Positions 60,764-64,000 of a stretch of DNA of 64,000 bases are shown piece by piece. Where the stretch lies: the NCBI GenBank assembly GCA_964633995.1, contig CAZWKN010000003.1:5750-69749 (forward strand), given 5' to 3'. The notes under the pieces were generated by a model. That model was not told the DNA's origin, did not search any database, and saw only the letters and a program-made list of their open reading frames with translations. A program made the translations under genes and the position numbers. The DNA comes from an uncultured Gammaproteobacteria bacterium. GTDB lineage: Bacteria; Patescibacteriota; Microgenomatia; CAZETR01; Amesbacteraceae. How positions within the stretch are numbered: position 1 is the first letter of the stretch; the number at the start of each line of letters is the position of its first letter.

Positions 60764-61786
60764 ATGAAGATTGTCAAGGAAAAGGGCGCCAACATGGCAG
60801 AAATTATACAAACGCTTACCGACGGTGGCATCGTTGTGTTGCCAACTGAAACAGCTTACTTAACCGCCATTGACGCCACAAACCCCAAAGCAGTACAGAA
60901 ATTGTGTGAGTATAAAAAACGGCCTTTGGGTAAACCTTTTTCGGTTGCAGTCTCCGATATGGCCATGGCCGAAGAATATGTAGAGCTAAACAAACAAGCA
61001 ATAAAACTGTATAACACTTTTTTGCCTGGACCAGTAACTGTTGTGTCAAAAGGGAAACACAAGACGGCACCCGGGATAGAGTCGGAGCTAGGTACTTTGG
61101 GAATAAGAATCCCTGATTATCAATTGGTTATTGACGTTGTTAAACAATTCGGAAAACCTGTGACGGCAACATCGGCTAATAAGAGCTATGAAAAGCGACC
61201 TTATAAAATCGCCGATCTGGATATTGAAAAGTTTGATTTAATAATCGATGCCGGAGAGCTCCCGCACAACGAACCGTCCACGGTTATTGACACCACAATG
61301 GACGATTTGGTGGTGCTAAGACAGGGGGAAGTAGTTATCAGTAATCAGTTGTCAGTTGTCAGTTATAACGAAGAAATGACTAAAAATACTGGGAAGGAAC
61401 TGTGGCAGAAGTACGAGAAGTTTGCAGGACACAGGGCTATTGTATTTGCTTTGGAGGGCGAAATGGGAGCCGGAAAAACTGTTTTTACAAAAGGATTGGC
61501 AAGGGCTATGGGAATAGACGAAGTGATAACTTCGCCTACTTTTAATATTGAGCTTGTATACAAAAACTTACATCATATTGATGCGTGGAGAATGCAAAAC
61601 GGAGACGAGCTGGAACAATTGGGGCTGGCTGGAACAATACACGACAAATCAGTCCTGGTTATCGAATGGGCAGATAGGGTGGCGGATACGATAAGAAAAT
61701 ATAACGACGAAGCAGTAATTATTTGGGTAAAAATACTCTATGGAAAAGCTGATAACGAGAGGTTAATTAGCTGGGGAACATTGTAA
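60764..61786 (+). CDS. tsaC-tsaE: Fusion protein: L-threonylcarbamoyladenylate synthase TsaC (YrdC domain) + t6A ATPase TsaE (YjeE domain)
   Basis: N-terminal half: VLPTETAY...RPLGKPFSVAV...LPGPVTVV (YrdC/Sua5); C-terminal half: GEMGAGKTVFTKGLARAMG...ITSPTFNIE...HIDAWRM...VIEWADRV (TsaE signature). Confidence 0.8.
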   Translation: MKIVKEKGANMAEIIQTLTDGGIVVLPTETAYLTAIDATNPKAVQKLCEYKKRPLGKPFSVAVSDMAMAEEYVELNKQAIKLYNTFLPGPVTVVSKGKHKTAPGIESELGTLGIRIPDYQLVIDVVKQFGKPVTATSANKSYEKRPYKIADLDIEKFDLIIDAGELPHNEPSTVIDTTMDDLVVLRQGEVVISNQLSVVSYNEEMTKNTGKELWQKYEKFAGHRAIVFALEGEMGAGKTVFTKGLARAMGIDEVITSPTFNIELVYKNLHHIDAWRMQNGDELEQLGLAGTIHDKSVLVIEWADRVADTIRKYNDEAVIIWVKILYGKADNERLISWGTL

Positions 61787-61823
61787 ATTTCTAATTTCTA
61801 AACCCTAATTCCTAAACAATTAT

Positions 61824-62906
61824 ATGCAAAAAAATAGCAATCTTAAGATCTTGGCCATTGATACCTCGTGTGACGAGACGGCGGCGGCGGTAACCGAGGG
61901 TACAAAAATTTTGTCTAATGTAATTTGGTCACAGGCCAGTTTGCATGCCAAATATGGAGGCGTTCTCCCCTCTTTGGCTCAAAGAATGCACGAAGAAAGG
62001 ATTGATTGGGTTGTAAACAAAGCACTTCGACAAGCTCAGTGTAAACTAAACAAAATTGAATCAGTTGCGGTTACTTGTGGTCCGGGATTGGCGATTGCTT
62101 TGGGAGTAGGAATTAAAAAAGCAAAAGATGTGGCCCGAGAAATTGGTGTTCCAATCATTGGAGTGAATCATACAGAGGGGCACGTTTTATCGCCACTGGC
62201 GGAAGCAATAACCAAAAACCAAAATCCAAGAAACAAAATTTGTTTTCCGGCGTTGGGGTTGGTGGTAAGTGGGGCGAACACACAGCTAGTTCTAATTAGA
62301 AAAATCGGCGATTATCAGGTGTTGGCTGAGAAGGTAGACGATGCGCTGGGGGAGGCGTTGGACAAAGCAGCCCGCATGTTGGATCTTGGGTATCCGGGCG
62401 GAGCGGTATTGGAAAAATTGGCAAAATCTGGAAACCCAAAAGCTTATTCTCTACCATTGCCAATGGCAGGAAAGGAAGACAGAAATGAATTTAGTTATTC
62501 TGGCCTTAAGACTGCTTTTTGGAGACTAACTAATAACAAAACTTTTAGCAAGCAACAGATTTGCGATTTGGCGGCGAGTTTTCAAAACCGGGCGTTCGAA
62601 CACTTAACAAGAGTGTCGGAAAAGAGTATTAGAGCGGGAGAGTGTAAGAGTATAAGAACTTTGCTAGTTGGGGGTGGGGTGGGGGCAAATGTGGAATTGA
62701 GGAAGAGATTGAGAAAAGTGGCGAAGGATTTGGGCATGGAAACCAGATTCCCCTACTCTGCCAAGCTGTATGGAGACAATGCAGCCATGATTGGGGTCGT
62801 GGCGGGTTTTAAAGCAGCGAGAGGAGAGTTTTCAGATCCGGAAAAAATTGATAGGTTGCCAAGATGGAGTGTGGATGAAAAAATGGCACAAGAAGCTGTA
62901 AAATGA
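61824..62906 (+). CDS. tsaD: tRNA N6-adenosine threonylcarbamoyltransferase TsaD (Kae1/YgjD)
   Basis: ILAIDTSCDETAAAV...VNHTEGHVLSP metal-binding HxxH motif; 360 aa. Confidence 0.93.
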   Translation: MQKNSNLKILAIDTSCDETAAAVTEGTKILSNVIWSQASLHAKYGGVLPSLAQRMHEERIDWVVNKALRQAQCKLNKIESVAVTCGPGLAIALGVGIKKAKDVAREIGVPIIGVNHTEGHVLSPLAEAITKNQNPRNKICFPALGLVVSGANTQLVLIRKIGDYQVLAEKVDDALGEALDKAARMLDLGYPGGAVLEKLAKSGNPKAYSLPLPMAGKEDRNEFSYSGLKTAFWRLTNNKTFSKQQICDLAASFQNRAFEHLTRVSEKSIRAGECKSIRTLLVGGGVGANVELRKRLRKVAKDLGMETRFPYSAKLYGDNAAMIGVVAGFKAARGEFSDPEKIDRLPRWSVDEKMAQEAVK

Positions 62907-62909
62907 GGT

Positions 62910-64000
62910 ATGGATAAAGCGTTTGACCATAAAGTGTTTGAGTCTGAAATATATAAATCCTGGGAGGAGGGTGGGTATTTTAAAGCCAAAAAAACAGGTG
63001 TTCCTTATACAATATTAATGCCGCCGCCGAACGCGAACGCATCATTGCACGCTGGACACGCAATGTATTCTATTGACGATATAATGATCCGCTGGAAAAG
63101 AATGCAGGGTTTTTCCGCTGTGTGGATACCCGGGACCGACCATGCAGGATTTGAAACTCAGTTTGTCTATGAAAAACAGCTTGCCAAAGCTGGTAAGTCA
63201 AGAATGGACTTCGACAGACAAACGCTGTATGACAACGTGTATCAATTTGTAAAAGACAACTCAGGACTTATTAATAGTCAGTTTAGAAGGTTGGGTTTCT
63301 CTGCTGACTGGTCAAAATCGGTGTTTACGTTGGACCCCAACGTCATTGAACAGGTCGTAGCCACTTTTAAAAAAATGGAGACGGAAGGCAAGATTTATAG
63401 GGATGAATACATGGTTAATTATTGTACGCACTGCGGCACTTCATTGGCTGAACTGGAAGTTGACCACGAAGAGAGAGTTGATCCTTTGTATTACATGAAG
63501 TATGGCCCGTTTGTACTTGCGACTGTCAGACCGGAAACCAAGTTTGGAGACACTGCAGTCGCGGTACACCCCGACGACGAAAGGTATAAACATTGGATAG
63601 GCAAAGACATAGAAGTCGATGGTGTGATTGGCAAGTTTAAGGTGCGGGTGATTGCTGATGAGTTGGTCGACCCAAAGTTTGGCACCGGGGTGGTTAAGGT
63701 AACCCCCGCGCACGACCCCAACGATTTTGAGATGGGGAAGAGACATAATTTGGAAATTAAACAGGTTATTGGACTGGACGGAAGACTAAATGATAAGTGT
63801 GGAAAATATCGAGGTTTAAAAGTAAACGAGGCAAGGACCGCCGTGGTGGCAGATATGCAAGAGATGGGGCTTATCGACAGGATTGATGAACAATACATCC
63901 ATTCTGTAGGTGTTTGTTATAAATGCAAACGCGTGTTGGAACCAATGGTGATTTTGAATTGGTTCATTAAGGTCGCTGAATTGAAAAAACCTGTTATAGA
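62910..64000 (+). CDS. valS: Valyl-tRNA synthetase (5-prime partial, continues beyond window)
   Basis: ATG 62910 (MDKAFDHKVFE...), PPPNANASLHAGHA HIGH motif; no stop in window. Confidence 0.93.
   Translation, partial: MDKAFDHKVFESEIYKSWEEGGYFKAKKTGVPYTILMPPPNANASLHAGHAMYSIDDIMIRWKRMQGFSAVWIPGTDHAGFETQFVYEKQLAKAGKSRMDFDRQTLYDNVYQFVKDNSGLINSQFRRLGFSADWSKSVFTLDPNVIEQVVATFKKMETEGKIYRDEYMVNYCTHCGTSLAELEVDHEERVDPLYYMKYGPFVLATVRPETKFGDTAVAVHPDDERYKHWIGKDIEVDGVIGKFKVRVIADELVDPKFGTGVVKVTPAHDPNDFEMGKRHNLEIKQVIGLDGRLNDKCGKYRGLKVNEARTAVVADMQEMGLIDRIDEQYIHSVGVCYKCKRVLEPMVILNWFIKVAELKKPVI

Noticed and set aside
61787-61823. TTTCTAA/CCTAA direct repeats between tsaC-tsaE and tsaD
   Set aside because: Very short A/T-rich repeats in a 37-nt spacer. 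Indistinguishable from compositional bias.

Overview
This window is a gene-dense segment (about 85 CDS, 1 tRNA) from a small-genome bacterium that resembles the Candidate Phyla Radiation (Patescibacteria). The evidence is moderate-to-low GC (about 40-45% by eye) and near-absence of Shine-Dalgarno motifs, with A/T-rich 'TAA(A)TATG' gene junctions. The ribosomal S10-spc-alpha block lacks L30 between S5 and L15. The window uses the standard genetic code (TGA is used as a stop).

Layout:
- 1-10.7 kb: the 3-prime part of the ribosomal protein superoperon. The gene order is L4 tail-L23-L2-S19-L22-S3-L16-L29-S17-L14-L24-L5-S14(Zn)-S8-L6-L18-S5-L15-SecY-Adk-Map-IF1-L36-S13-S11. It ends abruptly after S11 with a translationally coupled RlmI-like methyltransferase instead of S4/RpoA/L17.
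- 11.5-14.6 kb (minus strand): hrcA-grpE-dnaK with a CIRCE operator that overlaps a sigma70-like promoter.
- 14.6-22.4 kb: a secreted GH39-like glycosidase, LepA, MurJ, S20, pilN-pilO, a small membrane protein and a large surface protein. The surface protein has FN3 and Ig-like domains with a Pro/Thr/Ser stalk.
- 22.5-31.1 kb: an envelope-glycan island with a HAD hydrolase, a GT4, an FkbM methyltransferase, a GT-C, two divergent DUF2298/YYY-motif paralogs and an LCP ligase.
- 31-37.6 kb: a UvrD/PcrA helicase, an alpha/beta hydrolase, a FemAB-like acyltransferase and a 940-aa UvrD helicase fused to a Cas4/AddB-type Fe-S PD-(D/E)xK nuclease.
- 37.7-46.2 kb: RNase HII, an aldo-keto reductase, a SWEET-like membrane protein, an AlkD-like DNA alkylation-repair protein, RmuC, a YerC-like regulator, an M32 carboxypeptidase, MetRS and TatD.
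- 46.2-51.5 kb: a second glycan cluster whose enzyme classes mirror the mycobacterial arabinogalactan pathway. It contains a processive GT2 (QxxRW), a GT-C, a small 3-TM protein, a WecA/MraY-like transferase and a UbiA-family DPPR-like prenyl-phosphate phosphoribosyltransferase.
- 51.5-64 kb: a PEGA/SH3b protein, tRNA-Cys, an M23 peptidase, groES-groEL with a small P-loop kinase, a NUDIX hydrolase, an orphan solute-binding protein, VanW, a TsaC-TsaE fusion next to TsaD, and the start of ValRS.

No CRISPR array, rRNA, transposase or integrase was recognised. All functional calls rest on motif-level reading of the provided translations, not on database searches.
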